Assembly (NCBI GenBank): GCA_027062365.1
Contig: JAMOTK010000066.1
Location: 12,782-76,781 of the forward strand
DNA length: 64,000 nt
Direction of reading: 5' to 3'
From: Sulfurovum sp.
Lineage (GTDB): Bacteria; Campylobacterota; Campylobacteria; Campylobacterales; Sulfurovaceae
The notes below the pieces were generated by a model, which was not told the origin of the DNA, did no database searches, and saw only the letters and a list, made by a program, of their open reading frames with translations. Of the stretch, positions 28,006 through 35,831 are shown piece by piece. The position numbers were made by a program, and so were the translations under genes. The first letter of the stretch is position 1. Every line of letters begins with the position of its first letter.

Positions 28006-28806
28006 ATGATTTTAATGTATATACCAGTATTACTAGCAATAGTATCCTGTGGACGGCAAGACTATAGCAATCAAGCCGTGCCTGTATATAATCAAGCCTA
28101 CCAAGAAACATTTGAAGCAGATACCATAGCAGAGATACTCGTATCTGCTAAAGATGCGTATGTACTTGTAGACCCTTTTAGTGACAATGTTGTGCAACAT
28201 ATCAAAACGATTAAATCCAAGTGCAACCAAGTAGGGGGATATATTTCTGCTGGAACAGGAGAAGTATGGCGTGATGATTTTGAACAATTAAAACCTTATC
28301 TTACAAGCAAAGAATGGCCCGATTGGCCTGGAGAATTTTATGTGTCTTATACAAAAACAGGTATTGTAGATGTGATGAAAGCACGTATCGATAAGATGGC
28401 ATTATGGGGATTAGATTGGGTAGAATATGACAATATGGATTGGATAGATGCTCAATCTATCGCAAGATTTGGACTTCATACTACAAAAGAAGAATCAAAA
28501 GTATATATTAATACGCTTTGTGACTATACACGTCAAAAAGGTATGAAATGTATGGCAAAAAACACCGTTAAAGGGTTTGAGCATTTTGATGGGGTAGTGT
28601 ATGAATCAAATACTCATCAAAAAAACTCATGGGATACACAAGGAACTCAGAGTTTTATAGATAATGGAAAATTAGTTATTATCAATCACTACAATGAATC
28701 AGATTGTGATGGAGTCTACGCAGAGTATAAACAATTTTATAATAGTGATAATATTTCGTTTATTTGTGAAGATACAAATACACAAAAGTATAAGCACTAT
28801 AATTAA
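28006..28806 (+). CDS. Lipoprotein with a glycoside hydrolase family 114-like (endo-alpha-1,4-polygalactosaminidase/PelA-hydrolase-like) TIM-barrel domain
   Basis: Lipobox LAIVSC. YISAGTGEVWRDDF...WPDWPGEFYV...ARIDKMALWGLDWVEYDNMDW...CMAKNT matches the GH114 pattern (YiSaGt.E.wR.D, WpGE.w.D, GfDgve.Dn.D, .KN). Confidence 0.55.
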   Translation: MILMYIPVLLAIVSCGRQDYSNQAVPVYNQAYQETFEADTIAEILVSAKDAYVLVDPFSDNVVQHIKTIKSKCNQVGGYISAGTGEVWRDDFEQLKPYLTSKEWPDWPGEFYVSYTKTGIVDVMKARIDKMALWGLDWVEYDNMDWIDAQSIARFGLHTTKEESKVYINTLCDYTRQKGMKCMAKNTVKGFEHFDGVVYESNTHQKNSWDTQGTQSFIDNGKLVIINHYNESDCDGVYAEYKQFYNSDNISFICEDTNTQKYKHYN

Positions 28807-28833
28807 ATAAAAAAATAAAAATAGGATACCATT

Positions 28834-29250
28834 ATGATTTTTGTACTTATTAAAACGATTCATCTCTTTTCAGCATTTATTTATGGAGGATTTCTTATCG
28901 TAGATAATCTTTTTTTGGTCAAAATCAAAAAATCATTTGACACAGAAGAACACGCAAAGATTAGAGAATCTTTTATGAAGTATGTACGTAAAGTTGTGCC
29001 TCCTAGCCTTATCATCGCCGTCATTACGGGGCTTTATCTCATTAGCCAAGTCTATGGTACGATAGGAGCAGATGGATTAACCCAGTTTCAGATACTTCTC
29101 TCACTCAAAGCATTTTTAGGTATTTGGCTAGGAATCAGAGGATTTTTACAAGTCTATCTCAAAATCCAACCTCTTGTATTTAAAAGCCATGTATTGCCTT
29201 TTTCTTTTGTGATTACGATTATTTTCTTATCTCAGTTTATGTATATTTAA
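28834..29250 (+). CDS. Small integral membrane protein (4 predicted TM helices), function unknown
   Basis: 138 aa, hydrophobic, with an N-terminal LIKTIHLFSAFIYGGFL pattern reminiscent of the CopD/HemJ-like superfamily. The resemblance is weak. Confidence 0.4.
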   Translation: MIFVLIKTIHLFSAFIYGGFLIVDNLFLVKIKKSFDTEEHAKIRESFMKYVRKVVPPSLIIAVITGLYLISQVYGTIGADGLTQFQILLSLKAFLGIWLGIRGFLQVYLKIQPLVFKSHVLPFSFVITIIFLSQFMYI

Positions 29251-29305
29251 CTTCAATTAACCTCATTGGAGTAGAATTTTGCTACTTAAACATTGAGGAG
29301 ATACC

Positions 29306-30253
29306 TTGAGTCAAATTATAGAAAATATCAAAACAGAAATTGCAAAAGTGCTTGTCGGGCAAGATAAGATGGTGGAGGGATTACTCGCTGGACTTCTTTG
29401 TCGTGGGCATATACTTTTAGAAGGTGTCCCTGGACTTGCCAAAACTACAGCCGTAAATGCTTTGGCAAAAACACTAGGGCTGGACTTTAAACGTGTACAG
29501 TTTACACCTGATTTATTGCCTTCGGATATTATAGGGACAGAGATTTATGACCCTTCTAATAATTCCTTTAAAATCAAACAAGGTCCTATTTTTACCAATT
29601 TACTTTTGGCTGATGAAATTAACCGAGCCCCTGCAAAAGTACAATCTGCACTATTGGAAGTGATGCAAGAGAGACAAGTGACTATTGGTGATGAAACTTT
29701 TAAAATTGATTTGCCATTTTTGGTGATGGCAACACAAAATCCTGTAGAACAAGAGGGTGCGTATGAACTACCTGAAGCACAATTAGATAGATTTATGATG
29801 AAGATAGTCGTGGGCTATAATACCAAAGAAGAAGAGCTAGAAATTGCTCGACGTGTAGCCAACAATAGCTTTGAGAAGATAGAACAAGTCGCTACGCTTG
29901 ATGACCTTGATACGATTCGTAAAGAAGCCTTAGCCGTGCATATTGACGAAGAGGTAGAACAGTATATTATAGAACTCGTCTCTGCCACACGTGACCCTAA
30001 ATCGTATGGACTAGAAGAGCTAGCAGCGTATATTGAGTTTGGTGCAAGTCCTAGGGCTAGTATTGATATGTACAAAGCCTCACGGGCGATGGCATACCTA
30101 AAAGGGCAAGATTTTGTCTCGCCTATGGAGATAGCATATATTGCCAAAGAGATACTACGTCACCGTATTATTTTGTCTTATGAAGCACAAGCAGAAGAAG
30201 TGACTACAGATGAGATTATCGAGAAAATTTTATCTGCCGTTCCTATTCCTTAG
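29306..30253 (+). CDS. moxR: MoxR-family AAA+ ATPase
   Basis: Walker A GVPGLAKT, Walker B LLADEINRA, then ATQNP.E.EG.Y.LPEAQLDRF. TTG start per the track. Confidence 0.9.
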   Translation: MSQIIENIKTEIAKVLVGQDKMVEGLLAGLLCRGHILLEGVPGLAKTTAVNALAKTLGLDFKRVQFTPDLLPSDIIGTEIYDPSNNSFKIKQGPIFTNLLLADEINRAPAKVQSALLEVMQERQVTIGDETFKIDLPFLVMATQNPVEQEGAYELPEAQLDRFMMKIVVGYNTKEEELEIARRVANNSFEKIEQVATLDDLDTIRKEALAVHIDEEVEQYIIELVSATRDPKSYGLEELAAYIEFGASPRASIDMYKASRAMAYLKGQDFVSPMEIAYIAKEILRHRIILSYEAQAEEVTTDEIIEKILSAVPIP

Positions 30254-30262
30254 GGTATTGAT

Positions 30263-31093
30263 ATGATAAAACAATCTGTAAAAAAGATCGTTCTTAAGAC
30301 CAAAAAGCAAGTGTATGGCGATATGCTAGGTAATAATGCTTCACTTTTTCAAGGGGAGGGCTTTGAGTTTGCCGAACTTCGTGAGTATATCTATGGGGAT
30401 GATGTCCGTAAGATAGATTGGAAAACCACAGCAAAATTGGGTAAACCTTTTATCAAAGTCTATAAAGAAGAGCGTGAACTCAATGTAGTAGTAGTCTCGA
30501 TGCTTTCTGGTTCTACCTATTTTGGTACAGTAAGACAAAAATCCGATGTTATCGCTGAGATTACGGCTACTTTGGGATTTTCGTCTATCAAAAGTTCGGA
30601 TTTGTTTTCTCATATTGTTTTTGCAGACAAGATGTATCATATCTCTAAGCCTAGTAAAAAACTTTTTTCTGTACATCGGGCTATAGAAGAGGTCATGGCC
30701 TTTGATGCTTTGGGTAAAGAAGCCAATTATCAAGCCTTGGTAGAGACCTTGATTAAACGTCTAAAAAAGAAAGCCCTTTTATTTATCATTTCTGATTTTG
30801 TGGGGGATATAGACTTAAAGCTTTTGAGTAAAAAACATGATATTTTTGCTGTGATAGTACGTGATAGGTTTGAAGAAAACCCTAGTGAGTTGGGCTATCT
30901 ACGTTTGATTGATATGGAAAGTAAACAAAGTTTTGAGGGCGATGTGAATGCTAGTACAATGAAGCACTATAAAAAGGCTTTGCATGAGAATGATGAACGC
31001 CTTTATCAACAGTTCAAAAAACAAGGGGTGCGTTTTACGAAAGTCTATACGCATGAAGAAGCAAGTTTAAAATTGATGAAAAAAATGAGATAA
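30263..31093 (+). CDS. DUF58 domain protein (MoxR-associated, degenerate VWA)
   Basis: FAELREYIYGDDVRKIDWKTTAKLGKPFIKVYKEERE is the DUF58 signature, and the gene sits directly after moxR. Confidence 0.85.
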   Translation: MIKQSVKKIVLKTKKQVYGDMLGNNASLFQGEGFEFAELREYIYGDDVRKIDWKTTAKLGKPFIKVYKEERELNVVVVSMLSGSTYFGTVRQKSDVIAEITATLGFSSIKSSDLFSHIVFADKMYHISKPSKKLFSVHRAIEEVMAFDALGKEANYQALVETLIKRLKKKALLFIISDFVGDIDLKLLSKKHDIFAVIVRDRFEENPSELGYLRLIDMESKQSFEGDVNASTMKHYKKALHENDERLYQQFKKQGVRFTKVYTHEEASLKLMKKMR

Positions 31094-31096
31094 GTC

Positions 31097-31504
31097 ATGA
31101 ATGAAAACAATATAACAGCACAACTACGTGATATAAAACCACTTTTAGAGATACCTGATAGTTCGTATGCACTCTATTGGGGGTTGATACTATCTGTCTC
31201 TTTGCTCATCGTGGGTTTGGTACTTTTCTTTGCTATAAAGATATGGAAAAACCGTAAAATCAACCTTGAAAAAGGCTACTTAGAAGTGATAAAACAGATA
31301 GATTGGCTAGACAGCAAAAAATCTGCGTATGAGGCAACACACTATGCAAGACTCTTAGCCAATGACGAAAAAAGAAAAGAGCTTTTTACGCAGTTATCGC
31401 CCATGCTAGAACAGTATAAATACAAAAAAGAAGTAGAAAATATAGATGAAGAGACACAAAAATTATTTAATCTATATGTGCAGGTAGCCGATGAATCAAT
31501 TTAA
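31097..31504 (+). CDS. Small single-TM protein of the Bat operon (DUF4381-like)
   Basis: 135 aa with one TM (YWGLILSVSLLIVGLVLFFAI), positioned between DUF58 and batA. Its end overlaps batA by 14 nt. Confidence 0.5.
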   Translation: MNENNITAQLRDIKPLLEIPDSSYALYWGLILSVSLLIVGLVLFFAIKIWKNRKINLEKGYLEVIKQIDWLDSKKSAYEATHYARLLANDEKRKELFTQLSPMLEQYKYKKEVENIDEETQKLFNLYVQVADESI

Positions 31505-32399
31505 TTTTGAATATCCATTTTTATTGCTTGTCATTATTCTTTTTATCTTCTGTGCAAAGTTTTGTAAAGAGCGAAGCAGGGCGATTTTTTTTCCTCATGT
31601 CAAAGCCTTGATGTTAGAAGGAAAAAAGGGTACATCTTTACTTCCTATACTCAAATGGGTAGGGATTGTCTCTGCTGTGATTGCCTTGGCTTCTCCTGTG
31701 ATGACGAAATCTTATACAAACTCAAAAAAAGAGGGAAGAGATATTGTACTCATTGTAGATTCTAGTGATTCTATGAGACAGCCTTTTGATGCACATGGTA
31801 CTTCACGATTTGAAATAGTCAAAGAGGTAGTAGGTGACTTTATCGAACAACGTACCAATGACCGTATTGGGATGATAACGTTTGCAGATATTGCATTTAT
31901 ATCTTCTCCTTTGACCTTTGAAAAAGAGTTTTTGACCAATATTACCAAAATGCAAAAGATGGGTGTGGCAGGACAGCGTACGGCTATCAATGATGCTGTG
32001 GTACAAAGTTATAATCTTTTGAGCAAAAGTAAAGCCAAATCCAAGATAGCTATATTGCTTACCGATGGGGTAGATAATATGTCTAAAGTCCCTTTTGAAG
32101 AGGTCAAGCATCTGATAGAACAACGTGATATTAAGCTCTATACGATTGGGATAGGAACAGCACGAGATTATAATGCTGGGTATTTACAAGCCTTGGCAAA
32201 AGCAGGGCATGGCGAAGCATTTGGGGCAAGAAATGCCAATGCCTTAAAAACAATCTATGATGAAATAGACAAACTAGAAGCCACCAATATAGACAACAAA
32301 AAAATAGTACAACATACCTATTTTTATATCTATCCACTCTCTTTGGCACTTTTGAGTTTGATATTGTTTTGGTTTTTTAGAAACCGTAGAGGGATATAA
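31491..32399 (+). CDS. batA: VWA-domain membrane protein BatA
   Basis: N- and C-terminal TM helices, with MIDAS IVLIVDSSDSM ... LLTDGVDN. Confidence 0.85.
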   Translation: MNQFNFEYPFLLLVIILFIFCAKFCKERSRAIFFPHVKALMLEGKKGTSLLPILKWVGIVSAVIALASPVMTKSYTNSKKEGRDIVLIVDSSDSMRQPFDAHGTSRFEIVKEVVGDFIEQRTNDRIGMITFADIAFISSPLTFEKEFLTNITKMQKMGVAGQRTAINDAVVQSYNLLSKSKAKSKIAILLTDGVDNMSKVPFEEVKHLIEQRDIKLYTIGIGTARDYNAGYLQALAKAGHGEAFGARNANALKTIYDEIDKLEATNIDNKKIVQHTYFYIYPLSLALLSLILFWFFRNRRGI

Positions 32400-32400
32400 G

Positions 32401-33372
32401 ATGAATTTTGTATATATACAATGGTTGTGGGCATTGCTTGTGCCTTTGGTACTCTTTGGATTTTTACTCTCCACCCATCACCGTAGCCTCTCTAGTATTT
32501 TTGAAGCAGACGTACTCAAACGTCTCATGGCTACGGATGAGAGTATGTCGATGAATCTTAGAAATAGTTTGTTTTTCATTGCTATTGTTTTGATGATTGT
32601 AGCGATGGCTCGTCCTGTGATGGAAAAAGGAGACAAAAAAGTAGAAGTAGAGGGGCTAACGCTTCTGTCTGCTTTGGATATATCGGGGTCTATGCGTAGT
32701 ACCGATGTCTATCCTAACCGTTTGGCATTTGCAAAACAAAAGATGTCTATGTTTTTTGATGCCATGCCTAGTGATGAGATAGGGGTTTTGGCATTTGCCT
32801 ATAGCCCTTTTGTCTTAGCACCTTTTTCTACAGACAAAGAGACGCTAAAGATGATAATAGATGGGGTCGATGACTCTTTTATCAATATGGGTTCAACAGA
32901 TTTTTCTGCTTTGGCTAGAGAAGCCAATACCGTATTAAAAGAGAAAAGTCCCAAAGTCTTGGTCTTATTTACCGATGGAGGAGATGAAGAGGCCATATCA
33001 GGCTTTGCCTCGATACTTAAAGAGAATGAAATAGACCTCTATGTAGTACTTGTAGGTACACTCAAAGGTTCTCCTGTCTTAGATAAAAATGGCAAACCTT
33101 TTTCTCAAAAGGATGGTACAATAGCCATCACCCAACGTAATGATGCCTTAGGAGAGTTAGCCAAAGAAAGTGGAGGGGCATTTGTAGTAGCTAGTCACGG
33201 AAAAGAGGATATAAGACAACTCGTATCCGTCATACGAAGCAAATATAAGAACCAACAACAAGGCGAAGTGATGGTCAAAGAACGTATAGAGTATTTTTAT
33301 TATCCTTTAGGATTGGGACTACTGTTTTTATTGATTTCATTTGCATCACTACCTAGAAGGAGAGCATCATGA
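32401..33372 (+). CDS. batB: VWA-domain membrane protein BatB
   Basis: TM helices, with MIDAS LSALDISGSM ... LFTDGGDE. Confidence 0.85.
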   Translation: MNFVYIQWLWALLVPLVLFGFLLSTHHRSLSSIFEADVLKRLMATDESMSMNLRNSLFFIAIVLMIVAMARPVMEKGDKKVEVEGLTLLSALDISGSMRSTDVYPNRLAFAKQKMSMFFDAMPSDEIGVLAFAYSPFVLAPFSTDKETLKMIIDGVDDSFINMGSTDFSALAREANTVLKEKSPKVLVLFTDGGDEEAISGFASILKENEIDLYVVLVGTLKGSPVLDKNGKPFSQKDGTIAITQRNDALGELAKESGGAFVVASHGKEDIRQLVSVIRSKYKNQQQGEVMVKERIEYFYYPLGLGLLFLLISFASLPRRRAS

Positions 33373-34181
33373 AAAAATTAGCAATACTTATATGGTTTGG
33401 AGGGTCTTTTTTGTACGCAGGATTGACCGATTTTAAGACCATAGAAGAAGCCAAACAAGCCTATGAAGCAAAAGAGTATGATAAGAGTGCCACTCTTCTT
33501 CAAAGCATTGATGCTAAGAGTCCACAAAAACACTATGATATTGGCAATGCTTTGTATAAAGATAAAAAATATAAAGAAGCGTTAGATGCCTATAGCCAAG
33601 CCAAAGGAATAGACGAAGCGACAAGATTACACAATATAGGAAATAGTTATTTTCAAAAAAAAGAGCTTGATAAAGCAATTGAGCATTATGAAAAATCTTT
33701 GAGTTTGAAAGAAGATGAAGATACAAAATTTAATCTTGAATTGGCAAAGAAAGCAAAGCAAAAAAAAGAAGAAGAGAAAAAGAAGCAAGAGCAAAAAGAG
33801 AAAGAGAAGAAAGACAAAGATAAAAAAGACGACAAAAAGAAAGACGATAAGAAAAAAGACGGCGATAAAAAAGATGACAAAAAGAAAGATGGCGACAAGA
33901 AAGATGATAAGAAAAAAGATGGCGATAAAAAAGACGATAAAAAAGATGGCGACAAAAAAGACAGTGACAAAAAAGACAGTGACAAAAAAGATGACAAAAA
34001 GGGTGATAAAGAAGGTAGCCAATCTAAAGAGCAGAAGCAAAAAAGCAAAGAAGAAAAGCTACAAGAACACGAACTCAAACGTCTCATGAAAAAAATGCAA
34101 AATGGAAAAACACCTACGATGATGTATCAAATGGGTGAAGAAAAAAAAGGTCAAAGGAGTGAAAATGCGAAACCTTGGTAA
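33369..34181 (+). CDS. batC: TPR-repeat protein BatC with a long Lys/Asp-rich repetitive tail
   Basis: TPR motifs (YDIGNALYKDKKYKEALDAYSQA; HNIGNSYFQKKELDKAIEHYEKSL), then KKDDKKKDGDKKDDKKKDGD... Confidence 0.8.
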   Translation: MKKLAILIWFGGSFLYAGLTDFKTIEEAKQAYEAKEYDKSATLLQSIDAKSPQKHYDIGNALYKDKKYKEALDAYSQAKGIDEATRLHNIGNSYFQKKELDKAIEHYEKSLSLKEDEDTKFNLELAKKAKQKKEEEKKKQEQKEKEKKDKDKKDDKKKDDKKKDGDKKDDKKKDGDKKDDKKKDGDKKDDKKDGDKKDSDKKDSDKKDDKKGDKEGSQSKEQKQKSKEEKLQEHELKRLMKKMQNGKTPTMMYQMGEEKKGQRSENAKPW

Positions 34182-35649
34182 TATAGTATGGGGTCTAATG
34201 TTAAGTGTAAGTTTAAACTATGCTGCGAGTGTGAGGGCTATGGTCGATACCACAGAAGTGGTCAAAGGCAATGCTGTAACTTTACGGATAGAAGCCAAAG
34301 GAAGTGCTGTGGTATTTCCAAAGATAGTGATGGTCGCTGATGCACGTGTCCAAGGTACTTCCACAAGTAGTAGCCAAAACTGGTCACTCATCAATGGTGC
34401 GATGAGCAATGAATCTTCTACAACTAAAAGCATACAATTTGTACCAAATCAGACTATGACCATCCCCGCTTATACGGTCACTATCGATGGGAAAGAGTAT
34501 AAAACAGACCCCATAGAGATAAAAATTGTCAAATCAACTGCACCCTCAAGCAAAGCCAATGCAGCTTTTGGATTGACATTAAAGAGTAGTAAAGACACAG
34601 TATATGTGGGTGAATCTTTTATGCTTACTGCGTATTTTTCTTTGCGTTCAGATATAGGAGCATCTCCACAAGTCAAATATACCCCACCTGTGTTGTCTGA
34701 TTTTTTGGTCACAGACGCAGGAGAAAAACCTGCGTATATCAAAGGAAATTATCAAATTCAAGAGATAGACTATATCGTTACAGCCCAAAAAGAGGGTAAC
34801 TTTACTGTCAATCCTGCTAGTGCTAAGGTGGGTATAGCAGACAGAAATGACCCTTTTGCTAGGATGATGTTTGCTCGTTTGAAATGGTATCAAACGGTAT
34901 CAAATGCTTTGAGTATAGAAGTACTTCCACAAGCTATAGATAGTGACCTCATAGGAGACTTTCGCATAGAGTCACATATTGATGCCCAAGAAGTCAATGC
35001 CAATAAACCTGTGAACCTCACTGTGAAGATAGAAGGAAATGGTAACCTAGAAGGCGTAGAATTTCCTAAATATGAGATAGATGGTGTCACCATTTATAGC
35101 GATGAAGCGAAGATAGATACCAAAGTAGTCAATGGTAAACTGTATAGTATCTATAGTAAAAGCTTTGCCTTTATCTCTGAAGAAGATTTTACGATACCAG
35201 AGCGTACCTTTTCACTCTATGACCTCAAAACAAAATCACTCAAATCACTCAAAATAGATAGCTATACTATCAAGATAAAAGCACTTAAAAAATCTAATGC
35301 TCATACTGTAGCACCTGTAGCAAAAGGTGTGGTACAGACCAATGAAACTGTGAATGAAGTTATCAAAGAAGTCATTGTAGAAAAAAATATTGAAGTGAAG
35401 TCTGTGGCATGGTGGATATTAGTCTTGGCATTTATATTGGGTATGTTCGTGATGTATCTTTTACGTTTTATCCCTCAAAGAAAAACCAAACCTTACAAAG
35501 AGTCCCAAGCCCTAAAGATACTCTACGGACACATCAGCGAAAGCACAGAGATAGAAGAAATGGTACGAAAGCTTTACGCTAAAAAGAATGGGGATACTTC
35601 TATAAAGATAGATAAAAAAGCACTTAAAGCAATGGTGGAACGTTTTTAG
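34165..35649 (+). CDS. batD: BatD (oxygen-tolerance) family protein
   Basis: Signal peptide MRNLGNIVWGLMLSVSLNYA, beta-rich repeats and a C-terminal TM (WWILVLAFILGMFVMYLL). I prefer the ATG at 34165 with its AAGGAG RBS over the track's 34135. Confidence 0.8.
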   Translation: MRNLGNIVWGLMLSVSLNYAASVRAMVDTTEVVKGNAVTLRIEAKGSAVVFPKIVMVADARVQGTSTSSSQNWSLINGAMSNESSTTKSIQFVPNQTMTIPAYTVTIDGKEYKTDPIEIKIVKSTAPSSKANAAFGLTLKSSKDTVYVGESFMLTAYFSLRSDIGASPQVKYTPPVLSDFLVTDAGEKPAYIKGNYQIQEIDYIVTAQKEGNFTVNPASAKVGIADRNDPFARMMFARLKWYQTVSNALSIEVLPQAIDSDLIGDFRIESHIDAQEVNANKPVNLTVKIEGNGNLEGVEFPKYEIDGVTIYSDEAKIDTKVVNGKLYSIYSKSFAFISEEDFTIPERTFSLYDLKTKSLKSLKIDSYTIKIKALKKSNAHTVAPVAKGVVQTNETVNEVIKEVIVEKNIEVKSVAWWILVLAFILGMFVMYLLRFIPQRKTKPYKESQALKILYGHISESTEIEEMVRKLYAKKNGDTSIKIDKKALKAMVERF

Positions 35650-35676
35650 GGGGGATACACTTTCCCCTAAAAGATA

Positions 35677-35685
35677 TGTTATAAT
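35677..35685 (+). promoter_or_regulatory. Extended -10 box TGtTATAAT upstream of hsdR, which would place hairpin repeat A in the hsdR leader
   Basis: gataTGTTATAATaaa lies 147 nt upstream of the hsdR ATG. Confidence 0.4.
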
Positions 35686-35706
35686 AAAGTTTTTATAGCT
35701 AAAATA

Positions 35707-35798
35707 GACTTCTTGCGAAACTCTTTGGAATCGGAGTGTTTACACCCGAACAAGACGAGGCTAAAGCCATCGTTTCCGATTCGTTTTGAAAGAAATCT
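35707..35798 (+). repeat. ~90-nt intergenic hairpin repeat, copy A
   Basis: GACTTCTTGCGAAACTCTTTGGAATCGGAGTGTTTACACCCGAACAAGACGAGGCTAAAGCCATCGTTTCCGATTCGTTTTGAAAGAAATCT. Its reverse complement matches 44901-44990 with a 60-nt identical core. Confidence 0.85.
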
Positions 35799-35831
35799 AA
35801 TATACTTCAATACTCAAATTATGGATAATAG

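Noticed and set aside
33627-34089. Three overlapping ORFs (two minus-strand, one plus-strand) over the BatC Lys/Asp repeat
   Set aside because: They are low-complexity shadow ORFs (poly-F/L/S or poly-K/R) inside the batC reading frame, with no start signals.
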